This document shows positions 1 to 10,806 of a stretch of DNA of 64,000 bases, one piece after another. Position 1 is the first letter of the stretch. The number at the start of each line of letters is the position of its first letter. Position numbers and translations under genes: made by a program. The DNA lies in assembly GCA_964350815.1 (NCBI GenBank), contig CAYGKW010000001.1:3980-67979 (forward strand), in the 5' to 3' direction. A model generated the notes under the pieces. That model made no database searches. It was not told the origin of the DNA and saw only the letters and a list, made by a program, of their open reading frames with translations. This stretch comes from an uncultured Rhizobiaceae bacterium. Its GTDB lineage: Bacteria > Pseudomonadota > Alphaproteobacteria > UBA7879 > VGCX01.

Positions 1-1125
1 GGCAAAATCATATTCTTTCAGGCTTTCGAACATATGGAAAAGGTACTTTGCCTTATTATTTTCACGATCATACAAATAATATACTGGGGGTTCGGCCCCG
101 TTATCAAAAGTGACGACCCAAGTATTAAAGTCTAAAGTGGTGCTGATAATTTGCGGTGACCCCAGGCCCATAGATTCCAAAATTTCGAAATCCTTTTCAT
201 ATTGTTTATCCAAAACAATATATTTTGCTTTTTCACAATTCACTTGCAATGCGACGGGGGTATTTTCTGTTGGATGCGCCGTTATATCCCCAATATTGCC
301 TTTTGTCGGTTCAAACAAAATTTTATCATCCTGGGGGGTATCAAAATCAGAAAGTGTCAGCGCCGCATATTCCCGCCCAACACTGTTGATCCAATATACT
401 TTTTGCCCATCTTTAGAAAATAATATCGGGCTTGTGAAATAGGTATCTTCTTTATTTTCTATGTTTTTATAGGGAACCCATTCGCCTTTTTCTTGCTTAT
501 GAATATTTAAAAGTTGGCCTGGCGCCAATTCAATCGCCAATTTTAAATTTAATTCACCATCAAATACAAAGCCTAAAAATTTATTATTTTCATAAACTAA
601 TTTTTTCTGGCCCGATTCTAAATCATATTCATACACATCATGAAACTGTGGGTTACGGTCATTTTGTGAAATCATCACCTTGGTGGGTTTTAAATAACTT
701 TGTCCAACAATCCTGGCCATCACATCTTTTTCTGGTGTCAAAAGTGTTGATTTCCCTGATGCAACATCAAGTTTATATACTTTCCAGTTTTCATCCCCTG
801 CGGTATCTTTCACATATAAAACATGGCGATTATCGTAAGACCACCTTAAGGATTGAATATTGCGATCGGTGTAATGCGTTATAACTTTGGGGCTGGATTC
901 TTGTGTTAAATCTTGAACCCAAACATTCATTATTCCTTTGTGTGGCGCAAGATAAGCAAGGTTTTTACCATCCGGGCTGATGCGCACATTCATGTGATCT
1001 GCATTTGCAAAAAGATGTTCCCTTGGAATAATGTGTGGTTCTTTCATAGACTTTTCCTTCTTTACATAATAAAAAATAGCAGCAGTAATCAACAAGATAC
1101 AAAATGCAATAAGCCCTTTTTTCAT
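1..1125 (-). CDS. S9 family peptidase (acylaminoacyl/dipeptidyl peptidase-like), N-terminal part; runs off the window edge
   Basis: Not in ORF track (no stop in window). Hand translation from ATG 1125: MKKGLIAFCILLITAAIFYYVKKEKSMKEPHIIPREHLFANADHMNVRISPDGKNLAYLAP...; the ISPDG..LAYLAP start is typical of S9 beta-propeller domains; ATGA overlap with the tpiA stop; frame open to base 1. Confidence 0.8.
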   Translation of the reverse strand, partial: MKKGLIAFCILLITAAIFYYVKKEKSMKEPHIIPREHLFANADHMNVRISPDGKNLAYLAPHKGIMNVWVQDLTQESSPKVITHYTDRNIQSLRWSYDNRHVLYVKDTAGDENWKVYKLDVASGKSTLLTPEKDVMARIVGQSYLKPTKVMISQNDRNPQFHDVYEYDLESGQKKLVYENNKFLGFVFDGELNLKLAIELAPGQLLNIHKQEKGEWVPYKNIENKEDTYFTSPILFSKDGQKVYWINSVGREYAALTLSDFDTPQDDKILFEPTKGNIGDITAHPTENTPVALQVNCEKAKYIVLDKQYEKDFEILESMGLGSPQIISTTLDFNTWVVTFDNGAEPPVYYLYDRENNKAKYLFHMFESLKEYDFA

Positions 1126-1850
1126 ATGCTAAGCTCTTTTATTATTTCACTCATTGATTCTGGTTTTATGGATGCGCCCCCAATTAAAACGCCGGAAACA
1201 GTGGGTTGATCCAATATTTCTGTAATGTTATCTGCTTTAACGGATCCCCCATATACAATTGGTATGTTGGAAAAGCCAAGGCTTTGTAGGGTGGTTTGAA
1301 TAAACTGATGTGTTTTTTCAATGTCTTCAATCTGGGGCACTTTTCCTGTTCCAATCGCCCATACGGGTTCATAGGCAACAACGCATTGCTTTGATGGAAC
1401 AGATTCTTCAAGTTGCTTTTTTAAAACTTCTTGGGTTTTTCCTTGGCTATAAGCTTCTTCTGTTTCCCCCACACATATAATTGGTATCAACTGATGTTGA
1501 AGGGCTTTCAAAGCCTTCATTTTAACCGTTTTACTGTCTTCTAAGTGATATTGACGACGTTCAGAATGACCAAGAATAACGTACTGGCATCCTAAGTCTT
1601 CAAGCATTGATGCACTTATATCACCTGTTCTGGCGCCACCTTCTTGATCTGAACAATTTTGGGCACCCAAAACCCAATCAGATTTTTTCTTATTTATATT
1701 ATTTCCCACTGATTCCAAAGATGTATAGGGGGGGCAAACAATAAATTTATTGTCTTTATTGGATACTGCCATTTCAATTTGGTTTAAAAATTCAAGTGAA
1801 TCTTGGCTTCCCAAATTCATTTTCCAGTTACAGATGATTAATTTTGTCAT
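1122..1850 (-). CDS. tpiA: triosephosphate isomerase
   Basis: NWKMN, ILGHSERR, AYEPVWAIGTG, YGGSV, LIGGAS motifs; start moved to ATG 1850 (MTKLIIC). Confidence 0.97.
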   Translation of the reverse strand: MTKLIICNWKMNLGSQDSLEFLNQIEMAVSNKDNKFIVCPPYTSLESVGNNINKKKSDWVLGAQNCSDQEGGARTGDISASMLEDLGCQYVILGHSERRQYHLEDSKTVKMKALKALQHQLIPIICVGETEEAYSQGKTQEVLKKQLEESVPSKQCVVAYEPVWAIGTGKVPQIEDIEKTHQFIQTTLQSLGFSNIPIVYGGSVKADNITEILDQPTVSGVLIGGASIKPESMSEIIKELSI

Positions 1851-1935
1851 AGAATATTGCCTAATAATATGGTATCCATTAAAAACAAATTTATAGTTAA
1901 TAAGCAATAATTTATTTTAATAAAGGAAAGATTAC

Positions 1936-3798
1936 ATGCTTCATTTTTTTCGCAGTAAGGCATCCAGCTGGCTCATGAAAATAATCTTAGGGTTAATCCT
2001 TTTAAGCTTTGGTTTATGGGGAATAAGTGGAATTTTTGCAGGCCGCGCAAACCAACAGATTGTTGCAAAAGTTGGCGAAGTCCAAATTGGAAAAGATTAC
2101 TTTTTGCATGTTTTGCAACAAAGGGTGCGTGATGCCAACAAGGCCTTAAAGGGATCTGCCTCTTTCACACTTGAACAAGCCATCAGCCTTGGGATTCATA
2201 AAGTTTTATTAAATGAAATTATCAGCAAAACCTTATTAGATATCGAATCAAAAGACCTGAAATTAACCACTGATTTAAGCAGTATCAAAGCCTTAATCAA
2301 ATCAGACCCCGTTTTCTTAGATAAAAATGGAAAATTTGACAGGGATAAATATGAAGACCTTCTAAAAAGATCCGGTATCACTGAAGAACAACTTGTTCAT
2401 GATAAACAAAAATCATTAATCAACATGCAATTGTTATCTTCTGTTACAGCCCTTAGCAACATACCTGCGACCTTAAGCATTGAAATGTTTAGAATGATGA
2501 GTGAGCAACGTTACTTAAAAGTTTACGAAATCGATGCCATACAGATCGCGAAACAAAAAGATTTCAAGGCAATGACAATAAGTGATAGTGACCTTGAAAA
2601 ACATTACAATGCGAACAAAGAAGCATACCGCGTTCCTGAAAAAAGACGTGGAACGATTCTTATTATTAATGCCAATAAAATTTCTAAAAAATATAAATTT
2701 ACCAAAGATGAAATTCAACAAGCTTACGAAGAAAAGATTGGGGATTATGCCGTTCTTGAAAAAAGAGACATAACAATTTGGACGGCGCATGATAAAAAAT
2801 CAGCCGAAGCTTTGCTGCAAGATATCAATAAAAAACGGTATAAAAAGCATAAAAATACAGAAACCCCTATGAGTAATATCACACAAGATGACTTGCAGGA
2901 TTCCGTTGCAGATGCCGCTTTTAATGTTGACACCCCGACTGTGGTGGGCCCTGTTAAAACAGAAGATGGCTTTCAAATTATTCGCATTAACAAGATAAAG
3001 CCCAGCAGAACACAACCTTTACGCGAAGTTAAAGCACAAGTTATTGATGACTTAAAACAACAAAAACTTACTGAAGACATCGCCAACCTTACGCAACAAA
3101 TTGAAGACGAAGTTAGCGGCGGATCAACCTTAGAAGAAATTGCCCGCAATCATGAATTACAAATTGTGCATTCTGGATTTTTCTCAAAACACGAACATGC
3201 AAAAGCCCCACAAGTTTCTGCAGAAATGGTAAAAGCTGCCTTTGACCAATCCACTGGTGAAGATGGCCCTGTAATTGAAGTAAACCAAAATATGCTTTTC
3301 ATCATGCGCGTAGACGAAATAAAAGAAGATCACATTCCAGAACTTTCAGAGATCAAGCAAACAATTAAGGACGATATTACCAAATTGAAAGCCCTTCAAA
3401 AGGCAAAGAACATTGCAAAACAGTTGAAAGAATCAAAAAGCAATGCATCAATTGATACTATCGTGCGCAAGAATTCTTTTGTAAAAAGTAAATCTTACCC
3501 TTGGGTAAACATGCAAACAATTACCAAAACTAAATTAAATCCAAGAATTGTTGAAAAAGCCTTTTCACAAAGAAAAGGAAGTAAGGAAATTGTTGATTTA
3601 GATACCAGTGTTTATGTCATAGAAACAATTGACACCCAACCTGTCGAAGTTGAATCAAACCTGCGGGGATATAAAGATATGAAAAATACTTTGATGGAAG
3701 TTTTAAACCAAGATATTTTTGCACAATACATGGAAGCCTTAAAAGTAAAACATGGCGTTGAAATATATGATGAAGAAATGAACACCTTGCTTAGTTAA
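1936..3798 (+). CDS. ppiD: PpiD-like membrane-anchored periplasmic chaperone (SurA N-terminal domain, rotamase-like)
   Basis: MLHFFRSKASSWLMKIILGLILLSFGLWGI N-terminal anchor, 620 aa, adjacent to tpiA. Confidence 0.85.
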   Translation: MLHFFRSKASSWLMKIILGLILLSFGLWGISGIFAGRANQQIVAKVGEVQIGKDYFLHVLQQRVRDANKALKGSASFTLEQAISLGIHKVLLNEIISKTLLDIESKDLKLTTDLSSIKALIKSDPVFLDKNGKFDRDKYEDLLKRSGITEEQLVHDKQKSLINMQLLSSVTALSNIPATLSIEMFRMMSEQRYLKVYEIDAIQIAKQKDFKAMTISDSDLEKHYNANKEAYRVPEKRRGTILIINANKISKKYKFTKDEIQQAYEEKIGDYAVLEKRDITIWTAHDKKSAEALLQDINKKRYKKHKNTETPMSNITQDDLQDSVADAAFNVDTPTVVGPVKTEDGFQIIRINKIKPSRTQPLREVKAQVIDDLKQQKLTEDIANLTQQIEDEVSGGSTLEEIARNHELQIVHSGFFSKHEHAKAPQVSAEMVKAAFDQSTGEDGPVIEVNQNMLFIMRVDEIKEDHIPELSEIKQTIKDDITKLKALQKAKNIAKQLKESKSNASIDTIVRKNSFVKSKSYPWVNMQTITKTKLNPRIVEKAFSQRKGSKEIVDLDTSVYVIETIDTQPVEVESNLRGYKDMKNTLMEVLNQDIFAQYMEALKVKHGVEIYDEEMNTLLS

Positions 3799-3847
3799 GT
3801 AAATATAAGTATTTATTGAATATTTATTATTGTGTATACTTACAAGA

Positions 3848-4621
3848 ATGGACGTAACATCAAAGAAAATAAAATTTAAAGGCCGGGATGGGCATATGAT
3901 TGCTGCCCAACTTGACCTTCCCAAAACTGGCAAACCCCATGGATTGGTTCTTTTTGCCCATTGTTTTACTTGTTCTAAAAATTTAAATTCAGTCAATTAC
4001 ATTTCAAAAGCCTTGGTTCAAGAACAGTTTGGCGTCTTTCGATTTGACTTTACCGGCCTTGGTGAAAGTGAAGGCGACTTTTCAGATACCAATTTTTCTA
4101 CAAATATTGAAGATCTTGTTGCTGCAGCTGAATTCATGAAAAAAGATTATATGGCGCCAGATGTTTTGCTGGGACACAGCCTGGGGGGGGCGGCTGTTCT
4201 TGCTGCTGCTGGCAAAATTCCCGGCCTTAAGGCTGTTGCCACAATTGCAGCCCCGCATGATCCGCTTCATGTCAGTCATCATTTTCAAGACCAAATTTGT
4301 CTTATTAACAAAGAAGGTCAGGCCGAAGTCAACTTATCAGGGCGTAAATTCACCATAAAAAAACAATTCATTGAAGATATTGATTCCCATAATATGGATA
4401 ATCATATCAAAAATCTTAAAGTTCCATTGATTGTTTTTCATTCGCCGATGGATACAACTGTTGGAATTGAGAATGCCAAAATGATCTTTGATGCCGCAAG
4501 GCACCCAAAAAGTTTCGTCTCCCTTGACAATGCAGATCATTTGCTTTTGGATAATCCTAAGGATGGAGAATATGTAGGCCAGGTCCTTGCGTCCTGGGTC
4601 CATCGTTATCTGGAGGCTTAA
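3848..4621 (+). CDS. alpha/beta hydrolase (like the N-terminal domain of hydrolase/OsmC fusions; no OsmC domain)
   Basis: FAHCFTC, RFDFTGLGESEGDF, GHSLGG nucleophile elbow, HSPMD, ADHLL; start ATG 3848. Confidence 0.85.
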   Translation: MDVTSKKIKFKGRDGHMIAAQLDLPKTGKPHGLVLFAHCFTCSKNLNSVNYISKALVQEQFGVFRFDFTGLGESEGDFSDTNFSTNIEDLVAAAEFMKKDYMAPDVLLGHSLGGAAVLAAAGKIPGLKAVATIAAPHDPLHVSHHFQDQICLINKEGQAEVNLSGRKFTIKKQFIEDIDSHNMDNHIKNLKVPLIVFHSPMDTTVGIENAKMIFDAARHPKSFVSLDNADHLLLDNPKDGEYVGQVLASWVHRYLEA

Positions 4622-5215
4622 ATGCTTGAAAACTATATTCGGCACCCCTACCAAAAAGTTTTGGTAGACCCGGTGGCACGGGTTTTGTGTACACATAAAT
4701 CAATCACCCCTACAACGATCACGCTTTTGGGTGCGCTTGCAGGGTTGGCCACCATTCCATTGCTTTATACAGGCCAAACCATGATGGCCATTCTTCTTAT
4801 TTTATTTTCAGGGTATTTAGATACAGTTGATGGCACCCTTGCACGGTTAACCAAAACAACCAGTTCCGTTGGTTGTGTGTTGGATATCACCTGCGATCGT
4901 TTGGTGGAATTTGCAATTGTTTTGGGTTTATTTCTTGTTGCCCCTTATGACAGAGGTTTCTTGAGCCTTATCATGCTGGGGGCCATTTTATTTTGTGTAA
5001 CATCTTTTTTGGTTGTGGGTATTTTCAGTGATAATGATACTGAAAAAAGTTTTCATTACAGCCCTGGTTTGATGGAACGTGCCGAAGCCTTTATCTTTTT
5101 CATTATGATGATTGTGTTTCCAGATTTTTTTGATCCACTGGCTTTAACCTTTTCTGTATTGGTTTTCTGGACAGGATTTTATCGTATTTGGCAATTCATC
5201 AAACAGTCTGCTTAA
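4622..5215 (+). CDS. CDP-alcohol phosphatidyltransferase family protein
   Basis: DTVDGTLAR...G..LDITCDR signature; hydrophobic helices. Confidence 0.9.
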   Translation: MLENYIRHPYQKVLVDPVARVLCTHKSITPTTITLLGALAGLATIPLLYTGQTMMAILLILFSGYLDTVDGTLARLTKTTSSVGCVLDITCDRLVEFAIVLGLFLVAPYDRGFLSLIMLGAILFCVTSFLVVGIFSDNDTEKSFHYSPGLMERAEAFIFFIMMIVFPDFFDPLALTFSVLVFWTGFYRIWQFIKQSA

Positions 5216-5288
5216 TTCTTTTCATCAAAGATACTTTGATATTCCGTACACTGCGGTGCCTTTGGAATAATATAAGATCTAGCTTATC

Positions 5289-6087
5289 CTATTTTACAGA
5301 TAAAAAGTGCGCGCTGATTCCTTTGCCTGTTTTATTGCAATCCCTTATATCCTTATAGCCATTTAAATGCTCTGTATATGTCTTTTCACCATATGCGTTT
5401 ACAAAGGTATTTTTGATACCTTCAGAAGAAAGCCTATCAACAACATCTTGGTTATATTTTGAATGGCTTTCTGAAAGATCTGAAAATTTAACATCACTAA
5501 AACCATGTCTTTCAAGATCTTTAATATATGATTGGGGGGTATGCGCATACAAAGGAAGGGATTCTGTTTCACTTAAATCTTGCATTTCTTGGCTCCACTG
5601 GCCTTTTGTAGGGCTTAGCCAGTCAAAAATAACAAGCTTCCCCCCTTTCTTTAAGACTCTATGGAATTCTTGAAATGTTTTTTCTCTTTGAGCATCCGGC
5701 AAATGAACAATAACACCCCTGCTGTAGACAACGTCAAAGGACTGATCAGGAAAAGGTAATTTTTGATCCCCTGTAATAAGTTGAAAATCAACAAGGTCTT
5801 TAATATTATCAGGGCGTTTACTAAGTGCAACATCAATCATTTCTGGATTGATTTCCACACCAACAACCTGGGCTTGGTGCTTTGAAGCAAGATAAAAAGC
5901 AACCCCCCCCCAACCCTGAACCAAAGTCCAAAACTTTTTTGTGGCTTAGATCAACATCTTTAAACATCTGATCGATTGATTCAGCCCCCCCATCTGACAT
6001 CATATTGGGGCCATAAGCCAACTCTAGTTGATCACAATATTCCTTTGTGTAGGTTGCATTAACCTGATTCACATTACTTTTATTCAT
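5289..6087 (-). pseudogene. SAM-dependent N-methyltransferase (phosphoethanolamine methyltransferase-like), frameshifted in a G9 tract
   Basis: ORF 5833-6087 supplies ...KKVLDFGSGLGG, ORF 5289-5924 continues VAFYLASKHQAQVVGVEI; join lies in C9 at 5903-5911 (+ strand); G8 would restore one ORF of about 265 aa. Confidence 0.85.
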
Positions 6088-6599
6088 TATTCTGTCTCTA
6101 AAACATCAAAAATATGTAAATACTGGCCATACCCCTGTTCTTTCATTTCGGCTTTGGGGACAAATCGCATTGCTGCTGAATTCATGCAATACCTTAACCC
6201 TGTTGGCTTTGGCCCATCTTTGAAAACATGTCCAATGTGGGAATCTGCATACTTTGATCGAACCTCTGTCCTGGGCCATATCAATTTAAAATCCAGTTTT
6301 TCAACAATATATTCAGGATCCAACGGTTTGGTAAAACTGGGCCACCCCGTACCTGATTTAAATTGATCCCTGGAACTGAATAAAGGTTCGCCTGACACAA
6401 TATCCACATAAATCCCTGGTTCATAATTATCCCAATATGCGTTATCAAAAGGTTTTTCTGTGGCATCTTCCTGGGTTACTTTGTATTGCATGGGCGTTAA
6501 TTCTTTAAGCCGCGCCTTTTTATTAAAATTTTTATACTGATTATTCGCCATTGCATTTCCCATAAGTAAACATAAAATAAAGACTTTAATTTTGGTCAT
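6087..6599 (-). CDS. msrB: peptide-methionine (R)-S-oxide reductase with signal peptide
   Basis: [40 protein letters not shown]. Confidence 0.95.
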   Translation of the reverse strand: MTKIKVFILCLLMGNAMANNQYKNFNKKARLKELTPMQYKVTQEDATEKPFDNAYWDNYEPGIYVDIVSGEPLFSSRDQFKSGTGWPSFTKPLDPEYIVEKLDFKLIWPRTEVRSKYADSHIGHVFKDGPKPTGLRYCMNSAAMRFVPKAEMKEQGYGQYLHIFDVLETE

Positions 6600-7185
6600 C
6601 CCACACCTTTTTTCTTAATTCTTGAACTTTTTTGTCACGCCCGCAATTCCAGCGGTAATATTTATACCTTAAGGGATTTTTATTATAATAATCCTGGTGG
6701 TATTCTTCTGCCGCTGTAAAATTTGTGGAGGGTAAAATATCTGTATAAACTTGCAATCCTGCCTTTTGAAACAAGTCAGATACTTTTTGCTTTGATTTTT
6801 CCGCAACGTTTTTTTGGGGGTCGTCTTTGTAAAAAATTGCGGTTCTGTACTGGGCGCCTTGATCACAAAACTGGCCTTGGCTGTCTGTTGGGTCAACATG
6901 CATCCAAAAGTGATCTAAAATTTCATCTAGGGATATTTTATTTTTGTCAAAAGTCACACGAACAACTTCAACATAACCACTTCCGCCTTTAGAAACTTTT
7001 TCATAGCTAGGGTCAGATGACGTGCCACCATCATAACCCGATACTGTTTCTGTAACACCAGGCAATTTATCAAAGTCTGATTCCACACACCAAAAACAGC
7101 CGCCACCCAGGACAATTTGTTCAAGTTTTGCGTTACAGAAATTTGACATAAGCAATAAACCCCACAGAAAAATTATTTTTTTCAT
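6586..7185 (-). CDS. msrA: peptide-methionine (S)-S-oxide reductase with signal peptide
   Basis: GGGCFWCVE active site, AEEYHQDYY. Confidence 0.95.
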   Translation of the reverse strand: MKKIIFLWGLLLMSNFCNAKLEQIVLGGGCFWCVESDFDKLPGVTETVSGYDGGTSSDPSYEKVSKGGSGYVEVVRVTFDKNKISLDEILDHFWMHVDPTDSQGQFCDQGAQYRTAIFYKDDPQKNVAEKSKQKVSDLFQKAGLQVYTDILPSTNFTAAEEYHQDYYNKNPLRYKYYRWNCGRDKKVQELRKKVWDDQN

Positions 7186-7437
7186 ACCTTACCCCTATTT
7201 ATAATAATAGGTTACAGGATTTACAAAAAAGTTAAATGATTTTATTGATTTAAGACTTTAATGATTTTAGACTTGAAACTTTTTCATGTTAAATATTTCC
7301 CATTTTCAATTTTTAATACAAGAAAATTTTAATGGGTATTAAATTTTGGAAATTTTTATAATGTATTGCATAGGTTTTTAAATTAATATAGTATTGAGTT
7401 TATAAATAGTAAATTATTGACCTTTAGGGGGGTATCT

Positions 7438-8706
7438 ATGAAAAAATTTTTAGTCGGATTTGCTGCAGCGACAGCACTTTTAACAGCAAGCACGTCAATG
7501 GCGGGCCCAAGTGAAGTCACAGCATTACGCCAGCAAATTGCAGAATTAAATGCACGTTTGAATGCTTTAGAAAGCAAATCAGGATCTGCTGGCTCTGACA
7601 GAATGCACAAACAATCTGACCGCAAAAATGTGGTTCATTCCAGAAATGACAAAGTAAAACTAACTGTTGGGGGTCACGTAAACGCGGCTGTTGGTATGGC
7701 TGACGATGGCGCCAAGACAGGGGTTTATCACGTTACAAACAATAACAGCACAACGCGTGGGCACTTTATTGCAGAGGCTCCAATCAATAATGACTGGACA
7801 GCAAAAAGTATTTTTGAATTTGGTTACAGGCCAAACAATTCCTCTGCAACAACCATTCGTACAACTGATGATACCGGTGACTTTGATGTAAGAAGGGCTG
7901 AATTCTTATTAAATCACAAATCTTTTGGTACCGTTTATGTGGGTCAAGGACCAACTGCAACAGATGATTCTGCAGAACAAGATTTATCTGGAACGTACAT
8001 TGCAACAGCACCTGACTTAACAAACTTCTATTTTGTTAACAAAGGTGAAACAACCATTGATACCGATACAAGCCCAAGAATGAGTGATGTTTACAACCAC
8101 TTTGATGGGGATAGTCGTAAACAAAGAATTCGTTATGACACGCCATCTTTCTATGGTGTGCAACTTCGCGTAGGACACAGTTCTGAAGGATCTGCGAAAG
8201 CCAACCAAAATACCCATGATGCTGGCCTATTCTACGGTGCTGGATTTAAAGGATACACAGTACGTGCAGCCCTTTCAGCCGTTAGAAAAGATAGAAATGT
8301 AAATAGAGTTGATAATAACTACAGACAATATGGTGGAAGTACTTCAGTCCTTGCTCCATTTGGCACAAGCATTACATTTGCAGCAGGAACTAGGGACTAT
8401 AAAGATAGGCCAAATGGTTCAAATGCAGAAAACTATTTTGTAAAACTTGGGCAACAAGTATCTATGGTTGACTGTGGTAAAACAATGTTATCCGTTGACT
8501 ACGGTCAAACACGTAACTTGTCTACAGTTGCCGATAAAAAAGGGACAGCCAAATTATTTGGGGCCAGTATCTTACAAAAATTTGATAGTGCTGCCACTGA
8601 AATGTATTTAACATGGCGTGGTCACCAATTCGACGTTCAAAAATCAAGCGATAAAAATTATAAAGACATCCATGTCTTGTTGCTTGGTGCACGTTTAAAA
8701 TTCTAA
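7438..8706 (+). CDS. outer-membrane porin with N-terminal coiled coil
   Basis: Signal peptide MKKFLVGFAAATALLTASTSMA, coiled coil LRQQIAELNARLNALE, amphipathic beta strands, RIRYDTP, C-terminal Phe (GARLKF); start ATG 7438. Confidence 0.85.
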   Translation: MKKFLVGFAAATALLTASTSMAGPSEVTALRQQIAELNARLNALESKSGSAGSDRMHKQSDRKNVVHSRNDKVKLTVGGHVNAAVGMADDGAKTGVYHVTNNNSTTRGHFIAEAPINNDWTAKSIFEFGYRPNNSSATTIRTTDDTGDFDVRRAEFLLNHKSFGTVYVGQGPTATDDSAEQDLSGTYIATAPDLTNFYFVNKGETTIDTDTSPRMSDVYNHFDGDSRKQRIRYDTPSFYGVQLRVGHSSEGSAKANQNTHDAGLFYGAGFKGYTVRAALSAVRKDRNVNRVDNNYRQYGGSTSVLAPFGTSITFAAGTRDYKDRPNGSNAENYFVKLGQQVSMVDCGKTMLSVDYGQTRNLSTVADKKGTAKLFGASILQKFDSAATEMYLTWRGHQFDVQKSSDKNYKDIHVLLLGARLKF

Positions 8707-8716
8707 AGGGCATAAA

Positions 8717-8911
8717 ATGAAAGAAGTTTTATGCGCAATTGCTATCTTGACCCTCGTAAGTTGTGATGACTACGAGGGTCAAGAAGTGTTACCATCTGAT
8801 AAATTTGATGGCCCAGGCTTATTTTCAGGCGAAAAAGGAGATTTTGAAATTCCCCTTGGTTCTGGTGAAACTTCCGAATCTAGTAGAGAAAAGCTTAGGT
8901 CTAAAAAATAA
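8717..8911 (+). CDS. small lipoprotein
   Basis: Lipobox LVS-C at residue 16; directly downstream of the porin. Confidence 0.7.
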   Translation: MKEVLCAIAILTLVSCDDYEGQEVLPSDKFDGPGLFSGEKGDFEIPLGSGETSESSREKLRSKK

Positions 8912-8927
8912 ACCTTAAAGCTAGATA

Positions 8928-10805
8928 ATGTCTCTTGAAAATAAATGCTTAACAAAAATAAAAAGAATTGTCCAAAATGATATAGGGCCTTTTTCCGTTC
9001 TGCCCCAAGGATCACAGGCAAGACTGATTGCTTTATTTTCCATTGAAGAATTTAAAAAAAATACCGTCATTACAAAAGCCACACAAAATGCAGATTTTTT
9101 ATATTTCCTTATTGAAGGATCTGTTGACTTAAGTATCAAAAATCAAATAATACCTATCAAAGAAGGTATGCTTTTTGGAGAAGAATGCGTTTTAGACCAA
9201 AAATCATATGTCGGTACGGCGTCTGTGAAGTCAAAAAATGTGATAATTGCAAAAATCCATAAATTTGACCTTATTCGTTTGGTTAAATATGACCGCAAAA
9301 TGTTGAATGAATTAATTCTTAATTTTTCCAGAGAATTTACACGTAAATTTCAGCAAAGACCTGAAAAAGGAATACGGAAACAGAAAACTGTCCAATCCTT
9401 CAACGAAGCAATTTATTTATTGGGTTGGATCTCTGCCATTATCACCCCAATTTTATTGTTTCATTTTCTTGATTTATACTTTGAATTCCAGGTAAAACAA
9501 AAATTATTTTTATGCATTTTGTCTGGAACCCTAATTACTTGGGCCTTCAGACTTGTCCCTGAATTCATCCCATCTATTTTTGCGCTACTTATAAGTCTAG
9601 GTATTGGTCTAACCGATCCAAAAGTTATTTTATCTGGGTTTTCGTCGCGAACATTTATTATGGCCTTGGGAATCTTTGGAATTGCCGCCATTATTATGTC
9701 TTCAGGATTACTATATAGAATTTTATTAAATTTATTAAACAAAGTCCCCAAAAATAATATTCTTGTGAATATGTCCATGTTTACGCTTGGGGCAGCACTT
9801 ACACCAACGGTTCCAGATACAGCCAACAGATTAAATCTTTCGGTTTCTTTCGTTAAAGATGCTTATGCAACCTTGCGCATGCACCACAAAGATAAAATGT
9901 GGACTGTTGTTGTTGCAAACGCCTTACAAAGCGTTACTTTGCTGGGCCCTACATTTTTAAGTAGTTCGGTACGAAACTACGTTTTGCTTGGGTTGTTTTG
10001 GGGGCAATATCAAACCCAATTTCAATGGATGGGATGGTTAAAAGCTTCGATCGTTACAGCCTTGATATTGATGACTTTGCATGCCATTTTAATGGCCTTA
10101 TTAATGCGCGGATTTACAAAAATCAAGCTTTCCAGAAATTTGATCACCCGGCAAATTGAAACTCTTGGCTCCCCCACTTCTTATGAATGGGCGGCTGGCA
10201 TTGGGACCTTTATTTGTTTTATTGGGATGGCCACCACAAGATATCACCGCATTAACCCCGAAACAATTGCCTTGCTTGTCTTATCAACCTTATTAACTTT
10301 CAGTTTTATCCGTCGCGATGGCTTTAATACTGACATAAACTGGCCCGAACTTGTTTACCTTGCTGGAATCACAGGGTTATTATCAACAGCAAATCACCTT
10401 GGTCTTCTTGATGTTGTTTCTGAAAAACTTAATTTTGTTGGGAGCTATATGTTAGAGAATTTTAACAAAACCATTGCCATTATTTTTGTATTAATAACCT
10501 TAACCCGACTTGTAATGCCCAAAGGGCCAACGATATTTATTTTTGGGTCGATACTTATACCTATCTCGCAGTCAATTGGAATTTCACCTTGGTTAATGGC
10601 CTTTGTTGTTTTGATTTTTGGGGAATCTTTTTATTTTCCTTTTCAGTCACCTGAATATGGAAATTTTAGATATGATTTGATGAAACATCATCCTTTTAAA
10701 GAAACGTCTGTGCTGATATTAAATGCAGCCCTTAATCTTTTAAAGTTATTGGCTGTTTATTTAAGCATGCCTTATTGGAAATATATAGGATTATTGAGTC
10801 TTTAG
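8928..10805 (+). CDS. cyclic-nucleotide-binding domain fused to SLC13/DASS-type anion permease
   Basis: N-terminal ADFLYFLIEGSV...LFGEE cNMP fold; about 12 hydrophobic segments with VILSGFSS..F and INWPEL motifs. Confidence 0.75.
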   Translation: MSLENKCLTKIKRIVQNDIGPFSVLPQGSQARLIALFSIEEFKKNTVITKATQNADFLYFLIEGSVDLSIKNQIIPIKEGMLFGEECVLDQKSYVGTASVKSKNVIIAKIHKFDLIRLVKYDRKMLNELILNFSREFTRKFQQRPEKGIRKQKTVQSFNEAIYLLGWISAIITPILLFHFLDLYFEFQVKQKLFLCILSGTLITWAFRLVPEFIPSIFALLISLGIGLTDPKVILSGFSSRTFIMALGIFGIAAIIMSSGLLYRILLNLLNKVPKNNILVNMSMFTLGAALTPTVPDTANRLNLSVSFVKDAYATLRMHHKDKMWTVVVANALQSVTLLGPTFLSSSVRNYVLLGLFWGQYQTQFQWMGWLKASIVTALILMTLHAILMALLMRGFTKIKLSRNLITRQIETLGSPTSYEWAAGIGTFICFIGMATTRYHRINPETIALLVLSTLLTFSFIRRDGFNTDINWPELVYLAGITGLLSTANHLGLLDVVSEKLNFVGSYMLENFNKTIAIIFVLITLTRLVMPKGPTIFIFGSILIPISQSIGISPWLMAFVVLIFGESFYFPFQSPEYGNFRYDLMKHHPFKETSVLILNAALNLLKLLAVYLSMPYWKYIGLLSL

Positions 10806-10806
10806 T

